DNA from: a virus
Taxonomy: Duplodnaviria; Caudoviricetes
DNA: 48,856 nucleotides
Direction: 5' to 3' (one strand)
Virus record (IMG/VR): IMGVR_UViG_3300036825_000040
Location: 1-48,856 of that record
Below the pieces are notes generated by a model. The model did no database searches and had not been told where the DNA came from. It saw only the letters and a program-made list of their open reading frames with translations. The position numbers and the translations under genes are program-made. Positions 9,621 through 19,923 of this stretch are shown here, piece by piece; positions within the stretch are counted from its first letter, which is position 1, and every line of letters begins with the position of its first letter.

Positions 9621-12104
9621 TTATTGGTAAATCAGATCGCTATACTCAGCGAGGGTTAATGCTGTACTTCCCTTTCCATCTGGCTGCTTGGCGGTGATGG
9701 TCCACTGCCCTGCATCCAGTTCCTGAGACGTGGCAATGACGTACCGGGAAGGAGACTGGACGTCAACACCGTCGAACAGGTTCAGGTCGATATCAGGAAT
9801 GGCAGCAGTAAAGCCAAACGCGGTGTCAGCGCGTGGAGATGCAGGGTATCTGGCTGTGGTAGAGCCGGTTGAATCCGTGACCTGCACAAACATGGTTCCT
9901 GAGAAGTTGACGCGCTCACTCGTCTCGAAGTCATTGCCAACCCGTGACACTATGTATCCGGCCTGCTGGTTGGTGTCGTATGTATCAGGAACCTGAACCA
10001 TGTCGCCAATATTCACCCACTCGCCATCAGCCATTGCTGTAATAGCCATGGTCATACGGGAGAAGATGAGCCTTTTGCACTCGCGCAGCGCCCGTTCGTC
10101 CGCCTGAAACCTGTTTCTGACGTACAGCATTTCGAACTTCTTCGCTTTGGCTGGCGATCCTTCAATGATGGAATTGCCGGATATCCGGTACCGGACAAAG
10201 TCCTGCTTATTGGTGTCCGGGTTACGGAACTGCACTTCTACGCCGTCATATCCGCCTGGAAGCGTCATGTCGTAAGATAGCGAGTAACCATCTGGCTTTG
10301 TGTTTGAGCGGTTGAATATCGTGGCCGCAGACGTTTTCCTGCTGTCTCGGGTGAATGACAGTACTCCGTTATCGTCATAAACGGACACGCTGGCAGCGTC
10401 ACAGATGGTCTCCATCCGCGAGCCGAGCGACACATCCTCATCGTCAAACGTGTAATCGAAGTATCCGAGTCGTGGATCGATGGCGTCGATTTCAGCCTGA
10501 ATCTGGTACAAGCCGAAGATATCAATACTTGATACCGGTTGCTGCCCGACAACGAGCCAGTTAAACAGGGCGATATCTGCAAATTTCCGTGACGGCCTGA
10601 GCGTGTAATCTACCTGCTGCGTAGCCATGTTGTAGCTGATGACGTGGCGGGTGATCAGCGCGTTGTATTTCCTGTCTCGCCCGCTTGTTGCATTTTCAGT
10701 GGCCCGGACCTTTACCATTACCAGCGAATCTTCAGCGTGAACGACGTTTGTCCTCACGTTAACCGCATGGATTTCTTCTACCTGCAGTTTGCTGGCGTCA
10801 CTGCTGTTATCAGTCCTCTGGAACGTGATCGCATAGCGCCCATATCCACCAGCAGGAATTAGCTTATCAGTCCTGTTAAACGTCTCTGACATGTAGTCAT
10901 GAGGCGTTGTCTGACGGTAAGTGAACACCTGTTCGGTTCCGGGGATCTGGTTATTGCTGTCGTCGACTTTCCAGATTGTCACCTTCCAGTTTGTTTCGCT
11001 GTTACCGCCGAGACCGGACTGCGTGTGAAGCCATAACTGGCTTGATGCAATCGGCGAGAAAAACGGGCCCACTATCAGCGCAGCGTTATCATTCAGGATG
11101 AACTTCGTCGTATTGATGGTTGCATCCTGAATGGGGATGGCCGGTCCATTTAGACGGTCAAATGTGAAGGTGTAGTAATAGGTTGGGTTAACCACTGCTC
11201 CGTCGTTTGTTTCCTGAAACTGTATCAGCCTGCCAGAAAGAGTTACGTCTTCCGTTCTGGTGCCGCCAGTGATTGGATAAGTCACATTAATGGTGAATGT
11301 AACCGGGTGCGGGAAAGTCAGATCTGAAAAGTAATCGAAGGTTGCCTGTTTCACGATTTTCATCGCTATCTGCCCCCCTGCATAAACACCGCTGATAACA
11401 GTGTTTGCAGTGGCCGTTTCGACCGGGAAATCGCCGCTCTCGTTTAACCCTGGCACTTCCTGCCCGTCAACGTCATCGAAATGGTAGCCTTCATTCACTA
11501 CAGGGATAACGTCACCTGGCTGGTAAATGGTGTAGCTGGCCCCGGCCATAGAGCCGAGGTTTGACTCTGAGAAGCGCACAGATGTAACGTCGTATTTGCC
11601 AAGCCCGAACACCATCAGTTCAGTAATGTATTTCAGGTTGCTGATATATTCGAAAAGTGATTCCTGAGCCAGATCCGGGAAAGAACGTACCTGACCGAAG
11701 TTATCAGGCTTGGCTTCGCCATTACGCGCAATGTTGGTCTGGCCTTTCAGGCTGTTGTTTGGCGACGTTTTGCTGTTCCCGCCGGCAGCGCCCGCATTTG
11801 CTTTCGGCATCAGCCCGGAAAGTACTTTCTGCGTAAACTTTATCGGGTTGAGGTGCTCGAGCGGGTTCAGGATGGTACCAATCAATCCGCCGCTTTTGGG
11901 CTGGTCAAAAATGACTACCCGGTCATTTTCCTGAAGAATAAAGCCCAGTTCTTCTTCAGGCTGCAGTTCCTTGCCGTTAACGTTGATGCGGATATCGCGG
12001 TGGAAGCTTTCCTGAGTTAGCCAGTCATAAAACACCGTCCCTGCTTCAACTTCCGCCCTGTCCTTCGGCATCCCCGGGACGCGCTGAATTTCAATTACCG
12101 GCAT
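9621..12104 (-). CDS. Tail tip / host specificity protein (TipJ-like)
   Basis: 827 aa from MPVIEIQRVPG, located after the NlpC/P60 gene in the tail module. Confidence 0.85.
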   Translation of the reverse strand: MPVIEIQRVPGMPKDRAEVEAGTVFYDWLTQESFHRDIRINVNGKELQPEEELGFILQENDRVVIFDQPKSGGLIGTILNPLEHLNPIKFTQKVLSGLMPKANAGAAGGNSKTSPNNSLKGQTNIARNGEAKPDNFGQVRSFPDLAQESLFEYISNLKYITELMVFGLGKYDVTSVRFSESNLGSMAGASYTIYQPGDVIPVVNEGYHFDDVDGQEVPGLNESGDFPVETATANTVISGVYAGGQIAMKIVKQATFDYFSDLTFPHPVTFTINVTYPITGGTRTEDVTLSGRLIQFQETNDGAVVNPTYYYTFTFDRLNGPAIPIQDATINTTKFILNDNAALIVGPFFSPIASSQLWLHTQSGLGGNSETNWKVTIWKVDDSNNQIPGTEQVFTYRQTTPHDYMSETFNRTDKLIPAGGYGRYAITFQRTDNSSDASKLQVEEIHAVNVRTNVVHAEDSLVMVKVRATENATSGRDRKYNALITRHVISYNMATQQVDYTLRPSRKFADIALFNWLVVGQQPVSSIDIFGLYQIQAEIDAIDPRLGYFDYTFDDEDVSLGSRMETICDAASVSVYDDNGVLSFTRDSRKTSAATIFNRSNTKPDGYSLSYDMTLPGGYDGVEVQFRNPDTNKQDFVRYRISGNSIIEGSPAKAKKFEMLYVRNRFQADERALRECKRLIFSRMTMAITAMADGEWVNIGDMVQVPDTYDTNQQAGYIVSRVGNDFETSERVNFSGTMFVQVTDSTGSTTARYPASPRADTAFGFTAAIPDIDLNLFDGVDVQSPSRYVIATSQELDAGQWTITAKQPDGKGSTALTLAEYSDLIYQ

Positions 12105-12483
12105 ACTGGTAAAACTCCACTCTGGTGAATAGCTTCTGAATTGTCCGTATCGCGTCAAACCTGACGTGCCCGTTTTCACCGCGGCTGTGCAGCGCGCGAC
12201 CGTCAACAATCAGGCCGACATGCACAGGCTGGCTGCCAACCCAGGCGACGAAGAGCCCTTCATCGCAAAATGTTTCGCTTCGCTTCCAGAACACAACATC
12301 AGCGTCATAGCAGGTCATGAAGTCGCGCCCGGATTCGTAGTCCGCGGTCTGGTGTACCTCAATACCGAGAACATGCCGGTAATACATCACCACCAGACCC
12401 CAGCAGTCTGCTGCGTCGAAACTGCACGCCCGGTTACTCCATGGCACTCCCTCAATTCGAGAGATAAACTCGTCTCTATGCAT
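12091..12483 (-). CDS. NlpC/P60 tail assembly protein (gpK-like)
   Basis: ADCWGLV and HVGL catalytic motifs. Confidence 0.88.
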   Translation of the reverse strand: MHRDEFISRIEGVPWSNRACSFDAADCWGLVVMYYRHVLGIEVHQTADYESGRDFMTCYDADVVFWKRSETFCDEGLFVAWVGSQPVHVGLIVDGRALHSRGENGHVRFDAIRTIQKLFTRVEFYQYAGN

Positions 12484-12946
12484 TCTGAAGCCCCGGGTAT
12501 TCTTCGACGGTGTACAGACGGCCAACGTTCCGGTTAAGTGGGTTTACGCGCGTCAGAATGCACGTTACGTCCGTGTCGTCCATTGAGCAGTCATCGACAT
12601 AGAGTGTCCAGGAATTGATAGCCGTGCTCATGTCTGCAGCGTCAAACTGTTGATAGGTAGCAGAAATCGGCGTGATGCGCGCATGCGCTTTCCATAGCTT
12701 CAGCTTCTGCTTAAAATCCTGCGCCAGACGACTAAATTTAATCGTGCTGTCAGATACAGGAGTGCTACTTTGCTGACTCTTCTTTATCTCCATCCGGCAT
12801 GGAGTGAACACCTGACCGCCGAGCGTTTTGGGGAATATCTGGTTGTTCACCAGACGCACATATCCAAACGTCTCGTTGTAGAAGGTGATCGTCTCGTAAA
12901 GTATCCGGTTCGGTCTCTGGCTCTGAAATTCTCTCAGTGTGGGCAT
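12476..12946 (-). CDS. Minor tail protein (DUF1833-like)
   Basis: Position in the tail module and C-terminal YTVEEYPGL motif. Confidence 0.75.
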   Translation of the reverse strand: MPTLREFQSQRPNRILYETITFYNETFGYVRLVNNQIFPKTLGGQVFTPCRMEIKKSQQSSTPVSDSTIKFSRLAQDFKQKLKLWKAHARITPISATYQQFDAADMSTAINSWTLYVDDCSMDDTDVTCILTRVNPLNRNVGRLYTVEEYPGLQNA

Positions 12947-13440
12947 TACGGAACCCTCGGCAGGCTTTCCGGATCACGTCCATCGGGGTAACCGGTGACG
13001 ATAATATCGAGCCGTGAACCCCACGGCGGCGGAAGCTCGACAATAATGTCGTCAAACTCATCATCAGAGTTAGCCAGTTCTCGCGCGACAACATCACCGC
13101 TCCAGGTGAAAATGGATCCTGATTGCGACCATGTCGGCCAGGAGAGGAAATGCAGTTCCTGAACCTCTATACCTGTGTCACCAGTACCGGTCCCGAGGCG
13201 CATCGTGAACCACTGATTGCAGTTATCGAGGTAGTTCGGGCTCCGCAACCACTGCATGAAGGCCCGATGCTGATCCCGAGTGAATATCCACGTAAGAGAG
13301 AAAGTGGTCTTCAGGTCATCGGTGAGCTTCTGAAATATTGGCGCGCCGACCGACGGCTGGTCCGTCCGAAACCCGGTATCGGTCGACGGTGTTTTCCCTT
13401 TTTGCGCCAGGGGCAGCCAGTCAGGATATGGAATAGGCAT
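12946..13440 (-). CDS. Minor (distal) tail protein
   Basis: 164 aa directly after the tape measure gene; MPIPYPDWLPL start. Confidence 0.75.
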   Translation of the reverse strand: MPIPYPDWLPLAQKGKTPSTDTGFRTDQPSVGAPIFQKLTDDLKTTFSLTWIFTRDQHRAFMQWLRSPNYLDNCNQWFTMRLGTGTGDTGIEVQELHFLSWPTWSQSGSIFTWSGDVVARELANSDDEFDDIIVELPPPWGSRLDIIVTGYPDGRDPESLPRVP

Positions 13441-13442
13441 AG

Positions 13443-15776
13443 TTAGCTCCTTGCCTTACGTGGTGCCTGGTGATTTCGCTGTATGGCCTGGCTGGCAGGA
13501 CCACCGTTATCGAGGTCATAGACGAATGCATCCACCGTCCACCCTCCATTTCCGTCTGGTGTTGCCTGCGCATCTACGTTTGACGACGTATAGTTGTTGA
13601 TATTGACCACTACTCCACCACCTCCGCCATTCGTCAGATCCTTATTGCTAATCACCTTTCCGTTGTCGCCGGGGATCATGTACTGACTGCCATTACTGGC
13701 CTGGTAGATTTCAGGCATGCCGCCCTCGCCTACCTGGTACATAGAGCCAGCTGATACAGGACCGCCATTTTTACGCTTACCTGCGATACCACCAGCCATG
13801 GCCATGGCGGCAATAACTGCACCGATACCAATGGCCGCAGCACCACCGAACGAGCCGATAGATGCCACAATGGCTGCAGGAGTCCATGCTGCAGTGGTTG
13901 CCGCGGCAGAAGAAACGCTCGCCGCGGTTGTCGTAGCCGTGCCAGCCACAGCTGCCGAAGTTGTAGCTGCAGTAGCTGCTATCTGTGCGCTGCTGCCAGT
14001 AACTGCGGCCTTCACCCACTCCATGCCCATCTGTACGAACGTATTTACGACGCTGTTTAGCACAGTGCTACCGATGGATTGCAGCGCTTCAGAAGCTGAC
14101 ATGCTGCCAGTAATAATCCCTGTCAGGGCATTTGATGCGTTGTTACCGAATGCTTCAAAGGCTGCAGATGCTGCCTGCGTAGCAAGGTTTTGCTGAGACC
14201 ACTCTTCCCACATGGCAGCATTACGCTGGTCCCGGTACTGCTGTTCAATCGCAGCACGGGCAGCTTCTGCCTCGCCAATTTTTTGCGGGTATAACTGGGC
14301 ATATAACTGGATGTCAGCAATGTCTTTCTGATACTGGCTATCAAGACCGGCTGTTTTACTGGCCTTACCCTGGATCGAGCTGAATTTGTTGGCAGCGTCA
14401 GTGCGCTCCCGTTCTGCTTTGGCCTGCTCACGCAGCGCATTAGCATTGTCCCAGGCTTTTCCTGCCAGTTGCCCGGCGAGCATGATTTGCTCTTGCGAAG
14501 CAGTATTACCGAGAGACTGCTGTGCGTTCAGTACGGCCTGGGCGCGCGACAGTTCGCCTACACTACCCGCAGACAGCTCGGCCTTTTGCTTCAGTTCATC
14601 CAGTTTTTGGTTAACGGACTCCTGCGCTTTGGCGTATTGTTCAGCATCTTTCTGGGCTGCGGACTTACCGCCTTTTGGCTTGCTGCCGGCGGTCGTACCG
14701 GTGGCCTTTATCTCGATCGGCTTTGTGTTAGCTGCAGTTTTCGAGGCTTTCGTGACAGCATCCAGATCGCCAACCAGCATGGCGGCTTTATTACTCAGAC
14801 CTGCCAGCGCTTTGTTTTGGGCTTCCCACCCGTCCAGACCGAGCCACGACCATGTGCGGGCCCGGCGCGTGAACATTTCCGCCGTACTGTTCAGATCTGA
14901 GATCTGCGAATCGGCAGAGATGGCTTTGCCGGCAAGTCTGTCCAGTGCGGCCGTCAAAGAGTCAATCACGGCAACCATGCCAGAGCTTGCGCCCGTTGCC
15001 TGGTTTACCGAATCGATCATCGACAGGAAAGAGTTTGTCAGCGCAGTGTTTGCCTGTGAAAGCGTACGCGGTAGCTTCTCGAACTCAGCATTCACGGCAC
15101 CTGTTTGCTTCTGAATAGAATTCAGAGCGTCCTCTGCCGTTAACTTCCCTTCAAGCATCATTTGGCGCAAGTCGCCAACTCCAACACCCATACCGGTCGC
15201 TATTTGGCGTACCAACTCAGGCATCTGCTCAAGGATGGAGTTGAATTCCTCAGCCCGAACCATGCCAGAGGATATGGACTGGCCGAACTGGCGGAGCGCA
15301 TTAGCCATTTCCTCTGATGAGGATCCGCCGATACGCCCGATTTTTTGAAGCGTCTCGGTAAGCTGTAAAATCTGACCGTTTGTCGCACCGGTATCGCGCA
15401 ACGCCGTGCTCAGGGTTTCCCAAAGCTTTTCCGTGTCCTGAAGCGACCCGCCTGTAGCTGAGCTGATACGCATCAGACTCTGCATTGTCTGTGAGGCCGC
15501 GGCGGCGCTACCGGTTAGTCGTTCAATTCTTGCATTCAACTGACTCATGTTGTCAGCTGCAACGAGAAACGCCTTACCCCAGTCTACAACCAGTGACGCT
15601 GCAATGGCACCTGCTACGCGGTTGATATTCGTTTGCAGCTCATCCATCTTTTTGGCTGCATTCGTGGCTGAGTTGCCAATAGAGTCTAGCGACTTATTGG
15701 CCTTTCCCTGCGCCTTCAGCAAGCCAGAAACATCGGCTTCGATGTCGTAATAAATCTCGCCTGCTTTTTCAGACAT
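13443..15776 (-). CDS. Tail tape measure protein
   Basis: 777 aa, Ala-rich helical; tape_meas motif RAEEFNSILEQMP and C-terminal GGPV..YQVGE.G.PE. Confidence 0.93.
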   Translation of the reverse strand: MSEKAGEIYYDIEADVSGLLKAQGKANKSLDSIGNSATNAAKKMDELQTNINRVAGAIAASLVVDWGKAFLVAADNMSQLNARIERLTGSAAAASQTMQSLMRISSATGGSLQDTEKLWETLSTALRDTGATNGQILQLTETLQKIGRIGGSSSEEMANALRQFGQSISSGMVRAEEFNSILEQMPELVRQIATGMGVGVGDLRQMMLEGKLTAEDALNSIQKQTGAVNAEFEKLPRTLSQANTALTNSFLSMIDSVNQATGASSGMVAVIDSLTAALDRLAGKAISADSQISDLNSTAEMFTRRARTWSWLGLDGWEAQNKALAGLSNKAAMLVGDLDAVTKASKTAANTKPIEIKATGTTAGSKPKGGKSAAQKDAEQYAKAQESVNQKLDELKQKAELSAGSVGELSRAQAVLNAQQSLGNTASQEQIMLAGQLAGKAWDNANALREQAKAERERTDAANKFSSIQGKASKTAGLDSQYQKDIADIQLYAQLYPQKIGEAEAARAAIEQQYRDQRNAAMWEEWSQQNLATQAASAAFEAFGNNASNALTGIITGSMSASEALQSIGSTVLNSVVNTFVQMGMEWVKAAVTGSSAQIAATAATTSAAVAGTATTTAASVSSAAATTAAWTPAAIVASIGSFGGAAAIGIGAVIAAMAMAGGIAGKRKNGGPVSAGSMYQVGEGGMPEIYQASNGSQYMIPGDNGKVISNKDLTNGGGGGVVVNINNYTSSNVDAQATPDGNGGWTVDAFVYDLDNGGPASQAIQRNHQAPRKARS

Positions 15777-15814
15777 CAGTTTTCTCCGGGCATAAAAAAA
15801 CCCGCCGAAGCGGG

Positions 15815-16108
15815 TCAGGTTTTTGACTTGTGCCTATGAATCTCTTCCTTGAAGAAATCAAATGTCCCTTTATTTGGGTCAATATTTTTTCTACAAGTGG
15901 TGAAGTCTTTTGAAAGTTGACTTCCATCGCCTTGTTCACTTAACGATTTTTCAGTTAATTCGATGACAGCATGTGATGCATCAGAAAGGCAATTTACTTG
16001 TTGCTTCGCAAATTTAGTTAAAGTCCATTGGATACCATAAATGCTGGTAGGTACGCCAAAAATGATACCTAAAGCCCAGATGATAGCCTTTTGCTTAGGA
16101 GTTAGCAT
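15815..16108 (-). CDS. Moron: small protein with N-terminal membrane anchor
   Basis: AT-rich 97-aa ORF followed by its own terminator (15794..15815). Confidence 0.65.
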   Translation of the reverse strand: MLTPKQKAIIWALGIIFGVPTSIYGIQWTLTKFAKQQVNCLSDASHAVIELTEKSLSEQGDGSQLSKDFTTCRKNIDPNKGTFDFFKEEIHRHKSKT

Positions 16109-16184
16109 TTTATAACCCTGAGAAGGAAAGTTCAGATTATTCTAATCTTTCAAACACAATTAATTAACTCCTACAATTCGCAGT

Positions 16185-16925
16185 TCAGGTTTTTAAAAGG
16201 TTACGTTCGCGCTCAATCATTGCCTTCCATCGACGATCATCATCATCCATAACCGCGTCATACTCTTCCCTGGTGAAGCCTTTCTGGTCCGGGTATTTGG
16301 CGTTCAGCATCATGGCGAATTCGGTCATGGTTAGCTCCATCGCCTCTTCCTTGCTGATGCCAAAATGATTGCGGGCGGCCATGATGTATTCAGTCGCATG
16401 AAACTCAGAAGTCGTTTCCTTACTTTCGTTCTTCTGCAGCGTCCTGACTCTGGCCCGTCCAATAATGCCATGCATCATCAACGACTGAGCTATCAGAATG
16501 AGGTTCTCAGGAGGTAGCGAACCGCGGTGCCATACAAATGTACGTCGTCCAGTACGGGATAGCTCATGCCATCCAGTAAGTTCAGAAACATCCTCATCGC
16601 AGCAGGACTGGATGACGTTGATCGCGGAGAGTAAGGTTTCGCGGAGAAACGCTGCTGAACCAGCAGCTTCAAGCGCCCAGCGAGGATGCGTTACGTCTCC
16701 GAAGTAGTACGCGTAAAATCTTCTCTGATGCTCAGGTATAGCGCTGTGAATTTGGCGCGCTGACTCAAGCATTTTCGCCACGTCATCATTGAAGAGTGCA
16801 TAGAACGTGCGGACGATATGCTCTGGCTCGCCTATCCGCGTCATGTTACGGAAAGACGGTCGGAAGAAATACTCATGCTCGCCCGCGCCGATCACGCACT
16901 CGCCAATTTCTTTCAAAGGGGTCAT
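16185..16925 (-). CDS. Tail assembly chaperone
   Basis: Lies between major tail and tape measure genes; FRPSF and LTMTEF motifs. Confidence 0.75.
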   Translation of the reverse strand: MTPLKEIGECVIGAGEHEYFFRPSFRNMTRIGEPEHIVRTFYALFNDDVAKMLESARQIHSAIPEHQRRFYAYYFGDVTHPRWALEAAGSAAFLRETLLSAINVIQSCCDEDVSELTGWHELSRTGRRTFVWHRGSLPPENLILIAQSLMMHGIIGRARVRTLQKNESKETTSEFHATEYIMAARNHFGISKEEAMELTMTEFAMMLNAKYPDQKGFTREEYDAVMDDDDRRWKAMIERERNLLKT

Positions 16926-16975
16926 ATCGGTCTCCATAATCAGTATTAAGGGCAGCACGCTGCCCTTTGTAGTGA

Positions 16976-17731
16976 TTACGGCGCGGCAGTTACGGTAACA
17001 GCGCAGGTGTCAGTAAAGTCACCGTCAGCCGTAGTTGCCGTAATAGTCGCGGTACCAGCAGCAACGGCAGTAACCAGGCCGGTTGAACTGACTGTCGCGA
17101 TGGAAGGCGCCGATGTCGTCCATGTGATCGACTTATTCGTTGCATCAACTGGCTGAACTGCGCCGCTGAGTTGCTGGGTTGCCCCGACGACCAGAGATGC
17201 AGTTGCCGGGGTTACTTCCACACCAGTGGCCGCAATGGAATCAGCAACTTCAAACACAACGGTGTCAGCGTCGTAGACTTTCCACTCTCCGGAGAAGGTT
17301 GAGATATCGTTTGTACCGAAATCAGCTGACCATGAAGTGGTGTTCATGTACCCCTGGATATAAGTACCGGCGTTCTCACCCGCGAAGTCAAAGCGAACCC
17401 AGAGATTCGGCTGTCGACCGGCCTGGACTTCATCGAAAATATATTTCGAAAGCCTGAAAGCGCCGATCTCGTTGTCTTTATCAGACTTTCGAAGCTCCCC
17501 TTCACCGGAGATCGTCAGATCCATGTTGTTGACCAGGTTCTCCACCAGCCCTTTAGCATCATCTGCCTCAGAGTTGATGGTGTTCATCGAATAGTCGATG
17601 CCCTTGGTCGTCATAGCACCGAGACGCTTCCACTCGGAAAGCGCTGGCACTGCGTCGGGGCAGCCAAAGGCCATGCGTAGCACAGCTACTTTCCCGATCA
17701 GCTTGCCAAAATCATTAGCACAGCCTTGCAT
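16976..17731 (-). CDS. Major tail protein with C-terminal Ig-like (Big_2) domain
   Basis: C-terminal VTPATASLVVGATQQL..ATNKSITWTTS..ATVSSTGLVTAV. Confidence 0.88.
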   Translation of the reverse strand: MQGCANDFGKLIGKVAVLRMAFGCPDAVPALSEWKRLGAMTTKGIDYSMNTINSEADDAKGLVENLVNNMDLTISGEGELRKSDKDNEIGAFRLSKYIFDEVQAGRQPNLWVRFDFAGENAGTYIQGYMNTTSWSADFGTNDISTFSGEWKVYDADTVVFEVADSIAATGVEVTPATASLVVGATQQLSGAVQPVDATNKSITWTTSAPSIATVSSTGLVTAVAAGTATITATTADGDFTDTCAVTVTAAP

Positions 17732-17790
17732 GTGTACCTCTCAAATAAAAAAGGCCGCCGGATGGCAGCCTGATGGGTTGGTGATGGGGG

Positions 17791-18174
17791 TTATTCGCCG
17801 TATACGCACATAAACTGGAGTCGGAAGACCAGGCGTCCCTCTTCGGTCGTGATGGGTGCCGGCATGTTACCGAGGTTTTGAATCAGGCCAAGGCATTCAT
17901 CAGTAATGTCGTTCTGTTCGACATAATTGATGATTTCCTGAGCCTTCTCTGCGGCTGCGCGTCGCTTGTCCTTGGCGGAGATGATCTCCACCAGCACGTA
18001 GTGGTCAGACCCGAGGTCATTTCGGATGTCGGTACCGCCGTTGGGCCGGAACACGATGAATGCGTCAGATAACTTCGTTGTATCGTCCCACGCCAACAAC
18101 TGAACAATGAAGCCAGTGGTAAGCCCGGCATCAACGAAATAGTTACGCACGCGCTCGTACATAGCTGGCATCAT
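17791..18174 (-). CDS. Tail terminator/completion protein
   Basis: Size and position before the major tail gene. Confidence 0.7.
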   Translation of the reverse strand: MMPAMYERVRNYFVDAGLTTGFIVQLLAWDDTTKLSDAFIVFRPNGGTDIRNDLGSDHYVLVEIISAKDKRRAAAEKAQEIINYVEQNDITDECLGLIQNLGNMPAPITTEEGRLVFRLQFMCVYGE

Positions 18175-18539
18175 ACTGAAAGCTCCTTGCGCATTGCGGC
18201 ATCAATCTGGCTGCGGGTGTCTTCAAAGCCTTTAGTGAGGAATTCTTTCTGCGCGGTAGCGCGGCGGAAGGTTTGCGGAACATTCGGATCGTGAACGAAA
18301 ACAGCGTAGTTCGCCGTGTATCCCACCCGTCCTGTCAGTCGAACGCCGTTGTTTACCAAGTCGCGATACTGGCTATTCAACAACGTTGAGGTGTCGATTG
18401 GCGTGTAAAGCGCGGCCTGGGAACTGCCGATTATCATTGCTGACTGCAACGCCCGGACAACCTTTCGCCCTCTCACATCGTTGATGATGCGGTTGAGCCC
18501 GGCTTTCGACTGCTTAACGCCGCGCACTTTGACGCCCAT
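18171..18539 (-). CDS. HK97 gp10-like neck protein
   Basis: TPIDTSTLLNS and YTANYAVFVH motifs. Confidence 0.75.
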   Translation of the reverse strand: MGVKVRGVKQSKAGLNRIINDVRGRKVVRALQSAMIIGSSQAALYTPIDTSTLLNSQYRDLVNNGVRLTGRVGYTANYAVFVHDPNVPQTFRRATAQKEFLTKGFEDTRSQIDAAMRKELSV

Positions 18540-18601
18540 GGTTTTCTCCAGGCAATAAAAAACCCCGCCTGAGCGAGGTTTGGTGTCATTTAAACGGCGA
18601 A

Positions 18602-18889
18602 TCAAAAAGGGAGCATTGCGCGAATTTCAGTGTACCAACTATGAAAAGCAGGTAGGTCATCTAAAAACCAGAAGCCTAAAACAATCATCGCCATGCCCAT
18701 TACCATGTGAAAGATAATGCTGAACCAGAATTCAATAGGCTTTTCATCCACGTGAATGTACTCCTTTCGGAGCGTTCCTTTGAATGTTTTGGTATAAACA
18801 CCCCGACGACAGTAGACAAACGATTGTACCAAGGAGATTGGCCCAACCAAAAATACCGCGCACACCGTGAACCAATATTGAAATCCCAT
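18602..18889 (-). CDS. Moron: two-TM small membrane protein
   Basis: AT-rich 95-aa ORF with two hydrophobic segments and its own downstream terminator (about 18557..18582). Confidence 0.65.
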   Translation of the reverse strand: MGFQYWFTVCAVFLVGPISLVQSFVYCRRGVYTKTFKGTLRKEYIHVDEKPIEFWFSIIFHMVMGMAMIVLGFWFLDDLPAFHSWYTEIRAMLPF

Positions 18890-18936
18890 TACCTTTCAAT
18901 CCACGTAACTTTTTCCCCTATTATTGCACAGGTTTA

Positions 18937-19287
18937 TCAGATTCCAGTAAGGATGGCGTAATCATCCGCTACACGCTCGAACGTGTCGGCGTAGCGGATA
19001 ACCTGCCGCACCTCGTCAGCACCGGCCACAACCGGGTCGGCCTCTGTCGAAACGCCAATCAGCAGATAATCACCGGCGGCCGCCAATGCGAACTCCGTCC
19101 AGACGGTATTCTTCACGACGATTTCAGCGCCAAGGCTGGCTAACTTCTTGCTGAGTCCGCCCTCGTAGTCACAGAGGATTTGTTCAGGCTCGGCATAGCC
19201 CAGCGGATCGCCGTATTCGTCATTGCCTTCCAGCTTTCGCCAGATGGTTGCCGTGGCTGTATATGACCAGTTCGCTACCGATGACAT
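18937..19287 (-). CDS. Head-tail joining protein
   Basis: 116 aa from MSSVANWSY in the neck region. Confidence 0.7.
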   Translation of the reverse strand: MSSVANWSYTATATIWRKLEGNDEYGDPLGYAEPEQILCDYEGGLSKKLASLGAEIVVKNTVWTEFALAAAGDYLLIGVSTEADPVVAGADEVRQVIRYADTFERVADDYAILTGI

Positions 19288-19460
19288 CAGCCCTCCTTCC
19301 AGCGCAGCACTTTCGCGCCAGTCGCCCGGATGCGCTCGCAGTTGATATACCACTCACCGTCCGATTTCACGTAGCCGGTAGTCTCCCGCCCGGTGTCGGT
19401 CATCACCCAGACGCGGACGAATGAACGCGGCAGCCCTTGTTTAACTGATTTGTACGTCAT
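19287..19460 (-). CDS. Small hypothetical protein (57 aa, absent from the ORF track)
   Basis: MTYKSVKQGLPRSFVRVWVMTDTGRETTGYVKSDGEWYINCERIRATGAKVLRWKEG, with TGATG overlaps at both ends. Confidence 0.7.
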   Translation of the reverse strand: MTYKSVKQGLPRSFVRVWVMTDTGRETTGYVKSDGEWYINCERIRATGAKVLRWKEG

Positions 19461-19861
19461 CACTTGTCACCGCACATGCAGCCGCCCTTCCCGATCCAGA
19501 TACCAGCGAATGCCGGGGCGGCGGTAGGGTCGGCAGGAATTAGCGAGGTGGCGCAGCCGTATTTATCCAGCCCGCGCAACAGGTTAACCGAGGCCTTCCA
19601 GCGATCGGTGAACGACTGGTATCGGAACGAGCGAGACGCCCCGCTTGGTGCCGTTTGGCTGGAGATGTACTTATCCCCCTGCCCGAGCCCCATAAGCGCC
19701 AGCAGATAGAGCTGAATCAGCAACGCGGTCGATGCTGGATAATGCGCATCGAGACACTCCTGAATGCTGTTTGCCTGGTCGACGAGAGCCTGAAGAACAA
19801 AATCGGGAATGGTAATTCCCTGGCTCTCCAGATACTCCTTTGCCTGTTCGAGAGTTACCAT
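19460..19861 (-). CDS. Head-tail connector/adaptor protein
   Basis: 133 aa, located after the capsid genes. Confidence 0.7.
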   Translation of the reverse strand: MVTLEQAKEYLESQGITIPDFVLQALVDQANSIQECLDAHYPASTALLIQLYLLALMGLGQGDKYISSQTAPSGASRSFRYQSFTDRWKASVNLLRGLDKYGCATSLIPADPTAAPAFAGIWIGKGGCMCGDK

Positions 19862-19923
19862 TATCGACTCCGTGAAATACCCCGCCGGAGCGGGGCATAA
19901 AAAAACCGCCTTAGCGGCGGCTG

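Noticed and set aside
16185-16925. Programmed frameshift in the tail chaperone (lambda G/GT type)
   Set aside because: It is a single continuous ORF with no downstream overlapping frame or convincing slippery site.
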